Shown in pieces: positions 54,840-64,000 of a stretch of DNA of 64,000 bases. Positions within the stretch are counted from its first letter, which is position 1. Every line of letters begins with the position of its first letter. This DNA comes from Candidatus Latescibacterota bacterium (GTDB lineage Bacteria; Latescibacterota; UBA2968; UBA8231), in contig CBDETK010000013.1 in assembly GCA_965242865.1 (NCBI GenBank), positions 1,984,001 to 2,048,000 of the forward strand. The letters are read 5' to 3'. Position numbers and translations under genes: made by a program. The notes beneath the pieces are model-generated. The model was not told the origin of the DNA. It made no database searches and saw nothing but the letters and a program-made list of their open reading frames with translations.

Positions 54840-55134
54840 ATGGGCAGTGCTTTCGTCTTTTTTTAGGTCTTATACTACCGATAACCTTGATTATAGGGAC
54901 TACCCCTTGGCGGCACTTTTCGTCATCCTCTCGTCCCGCCCGCCGTAAGCGGCAAACACGGCTTCAAGCAAGAGCACGGCTTGGCCAAAGTAGCGGCCCC
55001 GACGCCACGCCGATTTCGCGCTCAAAGGCCACGCCGCGCACCTCTACGGTCTTGAGCGCACCGCTCGTTAGTATGAGATGTAGGGGTGCTTCCTGAAGAT
55101 GCCTTTTAGACAGGCCCCAGGGCTAGCTGGCATC

Positions 55135-56262
55135 CTAACGGCCTATCGGCAGCATCATTTGCGGGACTTCGCCGACCGTGCAGTCCGCGGATAACAATTC
55201 ATCGACCATGCCGTTTGGTTTCTCGTTGTACTGAGTCACCAGCGTCGTGCCGGCGCCCTCGTCGTCAATTCCCGTAACCTCGTTTAACAACAAGTCCTGT
55301 TCCTGAGCCGTCATTACCGGAAATCCGTAGTGGCGGTTTGCGTATTTTAACGGGCCGCTCTCGGCTGTGCGCGCAGCCGCCCACTCTTCGTGCCGAGCCA
55401 GCCGAGCGCGGTTGTACTTGTTGGCAACCGGAGGCGTGGAGCACAGCAAGTTTTGCGCGACCGTCACCAACGCCTCGTCAATCTCCATGCCGACAGAATT
55501 TCTTCCCGCTGTTAGGGCGGCCGCCAGCGTCGTTCCCGTTCCCGCAAACGGATCGAGCACCACATCTTCCTTGACGGAAAACATACAGATGAGCCGGTAG
55601 GCCAACTCAAAAGGAAAGGCCGCGCTGCGCTCGCGGGTCGGCGCATCCACAAGCCCTTGCGAAGTTCCCTTTACGTCTAACCACACGTCCGAGAACCACA
55701 CGTTGCGCTCCTCCCAGAAGAAGGCACTCTCGCGGCGGTTGGCTTTCTCAGCGGCCGTTGTGAATGTTCGCCGCCGCCCTTTTCTAAGGACGAGAATGTA
55801 CTCGTGCTCGTAGGTTATGTATGCTCCTACGGGCAGCATCCCAGACCCCATGAATTTGTTGGGAGCGTTGGTCTGCTTGCGCCAGAGTATATCGGGCAAA
55901 GCGGCAAAACCTTTGTCGAGAAAATAGCTGAGGATGCGGGAGTGATTGGAATAGAGCTGGAAATCGCCATCTATGGTGCGGGTGGCGTCGCCAATGTTGA
56001 TACAGGCAATGGCCCCCGGCTTCATCACGCGGCTGCACTCCATCCACACTTCATCGAGCAGCTCGTGCATGAGCGCGAAAGCAGCCCGTCCATTGCCGCC
56101 CGCCAGTTGCTCCCCAATGCGACCGTCTTGGAACGCGAAAATCTCGTCCCACATTTCCACCATCGGATAAGGCGGCGAGGTGACGATCAAATCGACCGAC
56201 TCATCTGCGATTCCCGCCATGGACTGGGCCGGGCCGCATATCAACTTAGCGGTGGTCTGCAT
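55135..56262 (-). CDS. orphan beta-class DNA methyltransferase (probably N4-cytosine)
   Basis: VTSPPY, AAFPFEL, VLDPFAGTGTT, GMEID; no adjacent REase. Confidence 0.9.
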   Translation of the reverse strand: MQTTAKLICGPAQSMAGIADESVDLIVTSPPYPMVEMWDEIFAFQDGRIGEQLAGGNGRAAFALMHELLDEVWMECSRVMKPGAIACINIGDATRTIDGDFQLYSNHSRILSYFLDKGFAALPDILWRKQTNAPNKFMGSGMLPVGAYITYEHEYILVLRKGRRRTFTTAAEKANRRESAFFWEERNVWFSDVWLDVKGTSQGLVDAPTRERSAAFPFELAYRLICMFSVKEDVVLDPFAGTGTTLAAALTAGRNSVGMEIDEALVTVAQNLLCSTPPVANKYNRARLARHEEWAAARTAESGPLKYANRHYGFPVMTAQEQDLLLNEVTGIDDEGAGTTLVTQYNEKPNGMVDELLSADCTVGEVPQMMLPIGR

Positions 56263-56310
56263 TGGTTCTATCTTTCTGTCTGTAATGCTGAGTGTACTCC
56301 GTTCTGACGC

Positions 56311-56455
56311 TTAGAAGCTGTCTTGAAAACACCCATCTTGGGGCGTGTTGGACAAGCAGTGGAGCCGGTCGTTTCCCTCCCGCGAAAGAACGTCACCCCG
56401 TGCCCCGACACGGGGCGAGCATCCAGTCAAACACCGTCTTTAGGACAGTTTCTAA
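56311..56455. mobile_element. degenerate MITE-like element
   Basis: Imperfect TIRs TTAGAAGCTGTCTTGAAAAC / GTCTTTAGGACAGTTTCTAA; internal decayed REP-like GTCACCCCGTG..CACGGGG..ATCCAG. Confidence 0.45.
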
Positions 56456-56491
56456 AAAAATAAGGCGATGAGCTAGCCAAGCCCATCGCCT
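56454..56491 (-). terminator. Rho-independent terminator
   Basis: Minus strand AGGCGATGGGCT...AGCTCATCGCCT followed by TATTTTTTT. Confidence 0.75.
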
Positions 56492-56529
56492 GTACATCTA
56501 AACCGAATGCCGAGTCGAGCCAGCAGGAC

Positions 56530-57435
56530 CTAGTGGTTGAACTCGGTCTTGATGCGGCCCCAAGTGCTCGATTCAACGGAGGTGGTGGGAGCGGCGCCCC
56601 AGTCGATGGCGTCGTCGAGCTCGTTCATCACCATGTCGTTGTCGGCGCGGCAGCAGCCATTGGGCGAAATTGACCAGAAGCCCTGATAGTCTTCGAGGGC
56701 GGCTCCGCCGGGAATGTCGAAGTCGCCGAAGGTCCAGCTAATGGCGATGATCTGGCCTTCTTCGAGGTCGGTCTCTTCGGCCGCCTCGCGGTCGCCATCG
56801 TCGGGAATGAAGTCGAAGGGGCGAATCCACGCCTCGTAGAAATACGTGCTCTCCCCGAACTCTTCGCCTTCAAACGTGTACGCGAACTTCCAAGCGTCGT
56901 TGTTGTCCGGGTCGAGGACCCAGTCAAACGGAGGGTTGTACCCGCCCCACGCGCCGGCTGTCGGCGGCATGGACCAGTTGTACCCCACCTTGAGGATGCC
57001 TCCTTCCGATCCGGGGGCATGACCACCGCCACCCTCGACCTCGGGGTGAGTCGGCGACACATAGACTTCCCAAGCGTCGTCGGACCACCACGCATTCGGC
57101 TCTTCGGCGTCGCGGGTGTGGATGTTGTCGAAGACCTCGGCCATGAAGTAGAGCAGGTTGGTATTGTCGTTCCAGCCGACAATTTGCCGCACGCTCAGGT
57201 CGCTCACGTCGATCTCGCCGCGCGCCTTGCTGTACACCGAGTCCGAATACTTGTCGTTGCCGACTTCGTACGGGATTTGGGGCACGGCCGCCCAATCGGC
57301 GTGGTCGCCGTCGATGACCGGGATGTTTTCGTCGGGGAACTGCACCGCGAAAAGGAGTTCGCCGGGCGGAAAGTGAGCCAGAGCCGGTAGCGCGACCACC
57401 GCGGCAAGTAGGGCACTTACTAGCATTTTGTGCAT
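56530..57435 (-). CDS. secreted CBM9/DOMON-like protein with a C-terminal TWGxIK motif
   Basis: AAGGAG RBS; signal peptide ALA|H; PVIDGDHADW; ends TTSVESSTWGRIKTEFNH. Confidence 0.75.
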   Translation of the reverse strand: MHKMLVSALLAAVVALPALAHFPPGELLFAVQFPDENIPVIDGDHADWAAVPQIPYEVGNDKYSDSVYSKARGEIDVSDLSVRQIVGWNDNTNLLYFMAEVFDNIHTRDAEEPNAWWSDDAWEVYVSPTHPEVEGGGGHAPGSEGGILKVGYNWSMPPTAGAWGGYNPPFDWVLDPDNNDAWKFAYTFEGEEFGESTYFYEAWIRPFDFIPDDGDREAAEETDLEEGQIIAISWTFGDFDIPGGAALEDYQGFWSISPNGCCRADNDMVMNELDDAIDWGAAPTTSVESSTWGRIKTEFNH

Positions 57436-57484
57436 CGCCATCTCCTTGATAAGTTGGCGTGAATAAGGGTGTATGTCGCGCCTC

Positions 57485-57513
57485 AAGGTACTCCCAACAA
57501 CATGCAAAGTCAA
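57485..57513 (-). promoter_or_regulatory. sigma-70 promoter
   Basis: Minus strand TTGACT-N17-TACCTT, the same -10 hexamer as the rpsR promoter. Confidence 0.6.
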
Positions 57514-57586
57514 GCATCTTTTTCCCCGTACCGCCGCGCTCGCCGCCGCTGTTGTCTAAGTAGGTAATTCCTTGTTATCAAAGGCT

Positions 57587-59320
57587 TTACCTACTCTCGT
57601 CCAAAGCCCGGCGAATGCGTGCGGCCTCGCGGTGCGCTGGGTCGAGGCGCAGCAAGGTCGTCCACGCCGCGGCCATTTCCGCCCAGCGCTGCTGACCGCG
57701 GTACAGCTCGCCCAAGCGGTAATGCGCCTTAGCGGCCTTGGGGTCGAGTGCCACCAGCGCGGTGTAGTGCCGGATGGCGTCCGCTGAGCGGCCGACGCGC
57801 TCGTAGGCGCGGCCGACATTGTAGTAGGTCTTCAGATGATGTGGAGCTAGACGCAACACCGCGCCATAGTGCTGTATAGCCTCCTCGTAGCGACCGGCTT
57901 TCTGGTAAGTCAGGCCGAGATTGAAACGCGCTTCAACGTGCGTGGGATGCAGGGCCAGCGCGGTCTCAAAGGACGCGATGGCCGCTTCGTAGCGTTGCGC
58001 CGCCCGGTGCAGTACGCCGAGGTTGAAGTGTGCTCGCAGCCGGGTCGGCTGAATGGCCACCGCTCGCTGATAGTGATGGAGCGCGCGAGCGTATTGCCCT
58101 TGGCTGTAGTACGCAAACGCTAAATTGTCGTGGGCGCGGGCGTTGTCTGGATAGTGCTGCAAGACGGCGGCAAACAAGCGAGCGTCGCTGTGCCAGTCGC
58201 GGTTGCGGGCGATGGTACGCACACTGCCCAGCAGGACCGCGCCCAGCATCACCGCCCCAACGAGGCGGTGCCGGCCCGGGCTTTTCCGCAGGCACCACTG
58301 CCCAGCCCACCCACAGGTCAGGGCCACCGGGATCATGGCGAGGTGCAAATAGCGCTCGGCCATGCCGCTGGGCGCGAGGAAGAGCAAATTGGCCACCGGC
58401 AGCAGGCACACACCAAAGAACGCGCTGGCAAACGCGAGAAAGTGCGAGCGCACCACCCAAGGCAGCGCGACCAACGCGGCACCCAAGCCTAAGCCAGCGA
58501 TAAACCACAAGTCCCAAGGCGACGTCACCGGCGGGATGGACGCATGCGAATAATCCGCCGACAGGTGCAGGGGCGCGGCGATCAGCAGCAAATAGCGCGG
58601 CAGAATGGCCACCGCCGTGCCGAACCGCTGCCACGGGCCGAGGTCGGCCAAAAAATTGGTCGAAACCGGCCCGGCCGGGGCATCGGCCAACGCCAGCCAA
58701 CGCACAGCCAAGACGCCCAGCAGGGCCGCCCCGTAGCCCCAGTGCCGCTTGCTCCAAGCCGCCAACCCTTCCCGCGAGTCCGCCCAAACCAGCGCGGCCG
58801 GCAACACCATGGCCGTCTCCTTTGACAGGCAGGCCCCCGCGTACAGCACATAGGCGAGCGGGTGCCGCTGGCGATGGGCTAGAAACGCACTCAAGAACAA
58901 CAGGCTGGCCAGCAAGTCGCCCCGCGCCGAGACCCAAGCCACCACTTCGGTCTGGAGGGGATGGCTCGCGTACAGCAAGGCGGCCCACAGCGCGGCGCGT
59001 TCTTGGCCGAGCAGGTCGCGGGCCAATGCGTACAGGAGCAGGCTATTGACCGCATGCAATAGGACGTTGGTTAGGTGATAGCCCCAAGGTGCTTCCCCGA
59101 AGAGCTGGAAATCGAGCCCCAGTGAGAGCAAGGTGAGAGGCCGATACCACGCCAGCCCCATCCAGCTCGCGCCAAAAAGCTCGCCGAGGGCCAGCGTGCG
59201 CACCGCGTCGCTGGCGAGGTACGCCGAGTCGTCGAACACAAAGCCGTTGCCCAGCGTATTGGCGTAACACGCCAGGGCTAGGGCCGCTATGTACATGGGG
59301 GGCGAGGTCGGGAGCCGCAT
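57587..59320 (-). CDS. TMTC-like GT-C membrane glycosyltransferase with C-terminal TPRs
   Basis: YANTLGNGFVFDD, YRPL, YHLTNVLLH, HPLQTEVVAW, LSKE, LSADY, AERYL, RNRDW, TPR tail. Confidence 0.8.
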   Translation of the reverse strand: MRLPTSPPMYIAALALACYANTLGNGFVFDDSAYLASDAVRTLALGELFGASWMGLAWYRPLTLLSLGLDFQLFGEAPWGYHLTNVLLHAVNSLLLYALARDLLGQERAALWAALLYASHPLQTEVVAWVSARGDLLASLLFLSAFLAHRQRHPLAYVLYAGACLSKETAMVLPAALVWADSREGLAAWSKRHWGYGAALLGVLAVRWLALADAPAGPVSTNFLADLGPWQRFGTAVAILPRYLLLIAAPLHLSADYSHASIPPVTSPWDLWFIAGLGLGAALVALPWVVRSHFLAFASAFFGVCLLPVANLLFLAPSGMAERYLHLAMIPVALTCGWAGQWCLRKSPGRHRLVGAVMLGAVLLGSVRTIARNRDWHSDARLFAAVLQHYPDNARAHDNLAFAYYSQGQYARALHHYQRAVAIQPTRLRAHFNLGVLHRAAQRYEAAIASFETALALHPTHVEARFNLGLTYQKAGRYEEAIQHYGAVLRLAPHHLKTYYNVGRAYERVGRSADAIRHYTALVALDPKAAKAHYRLGELYRGQQRWAEMAAAWTTLLRLDPAHREAARIRRALDESR

Positions 59321-59478
59321 GAGGGCATTTCTCGAGGAAGCAACTAAGTTATGGGCTTGACTGAACGTATTATCGGGCACGATCTTTCAGAAAATCCGCG
59401 CTCCCTTACAAAAATGGTTTCTCGCCATCGGCTTGCGAGTCAATGCCAAAAAGAGCTTATCGTGCGATCTGCAAACAG

Positions 59479-60600
59479 ATGAAAATACGCGACATCGACA
59501 CCATTTTGATCAACTCGCCGGGCCGCAAGTGGACGATAGTGCGGGTCTTTACAGACGAAGGACTCGTCGGCTTAGGCGAAGCCACATACTCCAACAAGGA
59601 GCCGGTGGTCGTCGCCGCAGTTGAGCACCTCAAACAGGAGTTGATCGGCGAAGACCCGGCGCGCATCGAGTACTTGTGGCACAAGCTCTATCGGCGCTCC
59701 TCCCTAAGCGGCATCTGGCGCATGGCGGGTCCCGTGTGGATGAGCGCCCTGAGCGGCATTGACCAAGCCCTGTGGGACATCAAGGGCAAGGTGGCGAACC
59801 TGCCCGTAGTTGAGTTGTTGGGCGGCAAGTTCCGCGACCGGGTCGAGGTCTATACGCACTTTGGCGGAGCCACGCCCGAAGATGCGGCGCAAATGGCGCG
59901 AGAAAAGGTAGCAGAGGGATACACCGCGCTCAAAGGCGGAGCGCGGTCGCGGAGTGGGTACAGCTTCGATCAGTATGCGGACGACGGTCATCCGGCCGAG
60001 ACAGCAGAGCACTTTGCCGCAGTGCGAGAAGCGGTCGGGCCGGATGTCAAGCTGTTGATCGATTGCCATGGCCGCTTCACGGTGGCCCAGTGCATCCGCT
60101 TGGCTCGTGCGATAGAGCCGTCCGACCTCTACGTGTTTGAAGACCCCGTGCCGCCGGAAGACCTCCACGCCTATCCAAAAGTGCGGCGGGAAATCTCCAT
60201 TCCGGTCATGGGCAGCGAGCGGCTCAACACCAAAAGCCACTACCGCCAACTGTTGGATCTAGACGGCATTGACGTGGCCCAACCCGACCTGATGTACGCC
60301 GGCGGGATCACCGAGGTCCGCAAAATCGCGGCCATTGCCGACACCTTTCACGTCCCCATATCGCCACATAACACCAAAGGCCCGGTCGGCATCATCGCGG
60401 CCGCTCATTTGATGGCTTCCATACCAAATGTGGCCCCCATGGAGTTCGTCACCGGCATTGCGTGGCGCGACGAGATCATCACCGAGCCGTTGCGGGTGGA
60501 GGACAGTTGCATCATGCTGCCGGAAGGGCCGGGTTTGGGAGTTGAACTGGACATGGAAGGGGTGGAAAAGCACCGCTGGCGAGTGGGCGATCCACACTGA
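59479..60600 (+). CDS. mandelate racemase/enolase-superfamily dehydratase (DgoD-like)
   Basis: TDEGLVGLGE, SGIDQALWDIKGK, IDCHGR, FEDP, SE, QPDL, PHN, PGLG. Confidence 0.9.
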   Translation: MKIRDIDTILINSPGRKWTIVRVFTDEGLVGLGEATYSNKEPVVVAAVEHLKQELIGEDPARIEYLWHKLYRRSSLSGIWRMAGPVWMSALSGIDQALWDIKGKVANLPVVELLGGKFRDRVEVYTHFGGATPEDAAQMAREKVAEGYTALKGGARSRSGYSFDQYADDGHPAETAEHFAAVREAVGPDVKLLIDCHGRFTVAQCIRLARAIEPSDLYVFEDPVPPEDLHAYPKVRREISIPVMGSERLNTKSHYRQLLDLDGIDVAQPDLMYAGGITEVRKIAAIADTFHVPISPHNTKGPVGIIAAAHLMASIPNVAPMEFVTGIAWRDEIITEPLRVEDSCIMLPEGPGLGVELDMEGVEKHRWRVGDPH

Positions 60601-60607
60601 GATGGCA

Positions 60608-60683
60608 TATAGCCGTCCTAAATGACTTGAAAGCATGTTTGCCTACGAGGCGTCATTCCCGCGAACGCGGGAATCCAGTCTTG
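60608..60683. mobile_element. partial copy of the MITE-like/dRS3-like element
   Basis: TATAGCCGTCCTAAATGA...GTCATTCCCGCGAACGCGGGAATCCAGTCTTG, an inverted match to 43977-44075. Confidence 0.7.
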
Positions 60684-60684
60684 T

Positions 60685-62517
60685 TCATGCTTGATAGCGC
60701 TCGGCCTGCATCCTGAAAAACTTGGCGTAAATGCCGTCGAGTTGGATCAGTTCCTCGTGACTACCTTCCTCGCACAAACGGCCTTCATCGAGTACTAAGA
60801 CGCGGTTGGCGGCTCGGACGGTCGATAGCCGGTGCGATACCAAAATGGTGGTCTGGCTGCCGGCGATGTCCAGCAGCAGATTGTACAATTCGTACTCGGC
60901 TTCTGGGTCCATGGCGGCGGTTGGCTCGTCCAAGATGAGCACTTCGGCATCGGCCTTGTGCAGACAACGCGCCAAGGCCACGTGCTGCCACTGCCCAACC
61001 GACAAATCCGTGCCGTCTAGGGAACGCCCCAACGAGGTTTGTAGGCCGTCGGGCAACCCGGTGAGAACGCGGTCTAAACGGGCGGCACGGGCGACGGCCT
61101 CTGTGTCCGGTCTATCCACATCGCCGAGGCGAATGTTGTCTTCGACGGTTTGCTCGTACTGGGCAAAGTCCTGAAAGACTGCCGAGGTTGCCTCACGCAA
61201 GGCATTGGGGCTGTCGGCATGCACCACTTGACCGCGAAACAACACGGTTCCTTCGGTCGGTTCTAACAAGCCACATAGCAGCTTGGCCAACGTGGTCTTG
61301 CCCGCGCCGTTTCGACCCACGAGGGCTATCGTCTCAGAGTCGTAGAGGTCAAACGAGACATTGTGAAGTGCGTGACCGCGTTCTCCCGGGTACTGAAAGC
61401 TGACGTTCCTAAAACTAATCATCGGCTCGCGTACAGCCGGCGTCTCTGGTCGCACGGGCGGGGGTTGAGCCGTGGCATTTTTGTTGTCTTCGGGAAGGTT
61501 CATGAACTCAAAGTAGTCCGAGACGAATAAACCGCATCGGAACAACTGGGCAATGCCATTGGCCACGAGAGTTGTCGCTTGGCTAAACTGGACCGTGGCA
61601 GCCAATCCCATGGCCAAATCGCCCAGACTGATGCTGCCTTGACTGGCTCGCAGGAGGATGAAGGTATATATCGCCGCGGCGGCAGCGATTCTTGGGAACC
61701 CCGCGATGAGTACCACCTTGTTTCGTGCGAGGAATAGGACGCGATTTTCTCGGTAGCACTTCTCCCAAAGGGCTTTGTAGTTAGCCAACCAGTGTTGGGC
61801 GAACCCAAAGAGCCGCACCTCTTTTGCATAGGCGCGATCACACAGCACCTTTGCCTGATATTCAAGACGACGGCGATCCAAGCCCTGATAGTGGAAGAGT
61901 TCGTGGCCATCGAGTATGTAGCGAAGTTGTGCTAAAAAATAGGGGATTGCGGCGGCGATAACAAGGAGCGAAAGCCAACCACTAAACAGCGAGAGAAGAC
62001 CTGCAATCGAGACGATGCTTACAATGTTAGATATTGCTTGAAAGAGGAACATTGCTATGTATTCAAGCCAGACTTTTCCCTTTTCTGCCGCTTCTATCCT
62101 GTTATAAAAGGTAGGGTCCTCATAGTACCGATATGGAACCCTACTAGCCTTTGTGGCTAGATCGATCTGAGCCACATAATTGGCCCTTGTACCCAAAATC
62201 GAACGCATTGGACGCCACAGAACCTCCGTTGTCAATGCGGCGGTCCACACCGCGATTTGTCCTCCTATCAGTAGTCCGAGCGTTGTGTAATCTATCGGCT
62301 CATTGGCCTGATGAGCAACCCAGAGCAACTCGGCTTCATCAATCAATAATTTTGTAAGGTAGATAGAAATAGAAACCGCCACGCCGTCGTAGATCGTCAA
62401 CAGCACAGAAAAGATGAAATAGGCCCAACCGGCCCGTCTATATAAATTCATTAGCTGAGGAATGAGGGTTGAAAAACGCCATAAGCCAGACGCAACCTCA
62501 CGGAGTTTATATCCCAT
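60685..62517 (-). CDS. ABC exporter, fused permease and ATPase
   Basis: TM domain with AKEVRLFG; GRNGAGKTT, VFQDF, LSVGQWQ, ILDEPTA, SHRLST. Confidence 0.9.
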   Translation of the reverse strand: MGYKLREVASGLWRFSTLIPQLMNLYRRAGWAYFIFSVLLTIYDGVAVSISIYLTKLLIDEAELLWVAHQANEPIDYTTLGLLIGGQIAVWTAALTTEVLWRPMRSILGTRANYVAQIDLATKASRVPYRYYEDPTFYNRIEAAEKGKVWLEYIAMFLFQAISNIVSIVSIAGLLSLFSGWLSLLVIAAAIPYFLAQLRYILDGHELFHYQGLDRRRLEYQAKVLCDRAYAKEVRLFGFAQHWLANYKALWEKCYRENRVLFLARNKVVLIAGFPRIAAAAAIYTFILLRASQGSISLGDLAMGLAATVQFSQATTLVANGIAQLFRCGLFVSDYFEFMNLPEDNKNATAQPPPVRPETPAVREPMISFRNVSFQYPGERGHALHNVSFDLYDSETIALVGRNGAGKTTLAKLLCGLLEPTEGTVLFRGQVVHADSPNALREATSAVFQDFAQYEQTVEDNIRLGDVDRPDTEAVARAARLDRVLTGLPDGLQTSLGRSLDGTDLSVGQWQHVALARCLHKADAEVLILDEPTAAMDPEAEYELYNLLLDIAGSQTTILVSHRLSTVRAANRVLVLDEGRLCEEGSHEELIQLDGIYAKFFRMQAERYQA

Positions 62518-62620
62518 AATGACACCTATTCATTTACAGTGGATTCGTTTTCGTCTGCTAAACCGGCGGGGAAACTCTATATTTCCAATAACCGAAGCAA
62601 GAGAAAAATTGAGGATTGCC

Positions 62621-64000
62621 ATGAAGAGCATTGCGATTGGGATCTCAACCCTGCTGACGGCAGCGGCGGCGTGGGGCCAAGCGTACCAACTCGACGACAA
62701 CGGGTTGAACGTCGCTGCCGAGCACTGGCCGGCGTGGAACTTCCCGGCGGGCAGTTTGGACTTCAGCGCCGAGGGCGTCCGGCCCGCCTTTGTCCGCGAG
62801 CAGGTCAACGCCGCCTTGGACGCCAGCGCATTCATATATGCAGACGGGCAGGGCGGCATCCGCAGCGCTGGAACCAACCTCGCGGGAGCCGCCAACATCC
62901 TAGATGGCCGGGAGGACACCTTCTGGGAACCGGATTTGGCGGACGCGCTCGACCAGTGGTGGGTCGAAATCGACTTGGGCCGGCTGGTGTGGGCGCAGAA
63001 GGTGGTCGTGAAATTCGCCGCGGAAGGCGCGGGCGATCCATTCCTCCAGTTCAAGGTGCTCACCGCCAACGGCGATCCCGCCTTCCTGCAAAGCGAGTCC
63101 TTCAACTACCTGCCCGCCGGCCACAGCGAGGGATTAAACAAATCCCAGCGCGTCTATGAGTTCGAGTTGCAACCGACCCGCACAGTGGACCCGGGGCTTA
63201 CCGGCCGTCTGATTCAGTTTCTCCAAGTGGTGGCGACGGCCAGCGACTTGGGCCGAGCCGAGCAAATCAGTGCCGCACGCTGGAACAGTCTGCCAGAGCA
63301 AGAACGCGGCGATGTGCTCTACTTTCGCCGCGAGTCTTCCGGCGTTTTGCGGCCCATAGATCGAGCGGCTTATGAAGCCATTGAGGCGCGATGGCAAGGC
63401 CCGGTCCAATACTATCGCCGAGAGAAGCCGCGGCTGACCGAAGTCGAGGTGTGGACCGTGGGCGATAACATTAGCTTGGGCGCGCTGGAACGCGGCGGAG
63501 AGATTATCGGCTACGGCAACTTGGGCGCGGAAAAGCTAACCGTAGATGGCGAATGGGGATCCTTTTGGAGCGTGGAAGTGGGCTTTAGCGGCAACGATCC
63601 AGCGGTTGTATTTCAGGATCCGCATCGCAACATTTATTTCGACTTGGGAACTTGGTACTGGGTCAACCGCGCCGCCATCGTCTTTGGCGATAGGTATAGC
63701 CGAGCGTTCCCCAATTACGGGATCGCGCTTTCCGATGGCCGCCGAGCACCGGACGGCAGCTTGAGCTACGTCGCATTGACCGGGCGCGGCCCAGAAGATG
63801 CGATCGAGCATCGCAGCCTGCTCTTTCAGGACAATGTATTTCCGCTGACCAAGGCGCGTTACTTCAGGATGAATTATACCTTGGTCGAGCAGTCGGCCCG
63901 CCCGGCCATCCGCGAAATACAGCTATACGGCCGCGGCTTCCTCCCCGAAGTGTCGCTCGCGTCTGAGCCGATTGAATTGGGGCGCACGCCCCGCATTCTG
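62621..64000 (+). CDS. 3'-truncated secreted discoidin-like protein, paralog of 1628-4000
   Basis: GAGGA RBS; MKSIAIGISTLLTAAAAWG|Q...WPAWNFPAG...LDGREDTFWEPD...WWVEIDLGR; read as open to the window edge; absent from the ORF track because it has no stop. Confidence 0.8.
   Translation, partial: MKSIAIGISTLLTAAAAWGQAYQLDDNGLNVAAEHWPAWNFPAGSLDFSAEGVRPAFVREQVNAALDASAFIYADGQGGIRSAGTNLAGAANILDGREDTFWEPDLADALDQWWVEIDLGRLVWAQKVVVKFAAEGAGDPFLQFKVLTANGDPAFLQSESFNYLPAGHSEGLNKSQRVYEFELQPTRTVDPGLTGRLIQFLQVVATASDLGRAEQISAARWNSLPEQERGDVLYFRRESSGVLRPIDRAAYEAIEARWQGPVQYYRREKPRLTEVEVWTVGDNISLGALERGGEIIGYGNLGAEKLTVDGEWGSFWSVEVGFSGNDPAVVFQDPHRNIYFDLGTWYWVNRAAIVFGDRYSRAFPNYGIALSDGRRAPDGSLSYVALTGRGPEDAIEHRSLLFQDNVFPLTKARYFRMNYTLVEQSARPAIREIQLYGRGFLPEVSLASEPIELGRTPRIL

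Noticed and set aside
55082-55120. IS end (TTTTAGACAGGCCCC) pairing with 56311-56455 to mobilise the orphan MTase
   Set aside because: The similarity is short and no target-site duplication was found.
62539-63159. 206-aa plus-strand ORF from the track
   Set aside because: Out of frame with the real gene starting at ATG 62621, which has an RBS, a signal peptide and clear paralogy.
1-64000. CRISPR array, rRNA, transposase, integrase or reverse transcriptase/DGR
   Set aside because: No regularly spaced repeat-spacer pattern and no diagnostic motifs seen. The repeats present are gene duplications or MITE/REP-like elements.

Overview
High-GC bacterial chromosome window. The secreted proteins with FlgD-Ig/'PNGDG' tails, the 'TWGxIK' C-terminal motif, the DUF6785-like membrane protein, the ASPIC/UnbV protein and the secreted ankyrin arrays suggest an FCB-group candidate lineage such as Latescibacterota, possibly a sponge symbiont; this is inference from gene content only. 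The backbone carries gltX, a DEAD-box helicase, parE/parC, pepF, a sigma-70 family factor, arfB, rpsR, a Gfo/Idh/MocA oxidoreductase, an enolase-superfamily dehydratase and a TMTC-like glycosyltransferase. Four accessory islands interrupt it. (1) 14.3-15.8 kb: a K+-channel-domain gene plus a GIY-YIG nuclease gene, at the point where an MNT-HEPN toxin gene is truncated. (2) 24.3-32.2 kb: an AT-rich minus-strand operon encoding a GT-B/transglutaminase fusion, a GT2-TPR protein, a stand-alone membrane-anchored C39 peptidase, a precursor with a Sec-like signal followed by a double-glycine leader, a CPBP protease and a Yip1 protein. It has a sigma-54/IHF-like promoter, and a long-range inverted repeat brackets the precursor gene. 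This is the best candidate for an undescribed RiPP-like system. (3) 36.2-42.1 kb: a defence island in which a Type IIG/ISP-like R-M enzyme ends in an antitoxin-like tail directly upstream of a MazF/PemK toxin, followed by an MTase cassette flanked by a 19-bp duplication of the pepF RBS and start codon. (4) 48.3-54.9 kb: a repeat-riddled ankyrin island. I saw no rRNA, tRNA, CRISPR array, transposase or integrase. All protein family calls come from motif recognition by eye, not from database searches.
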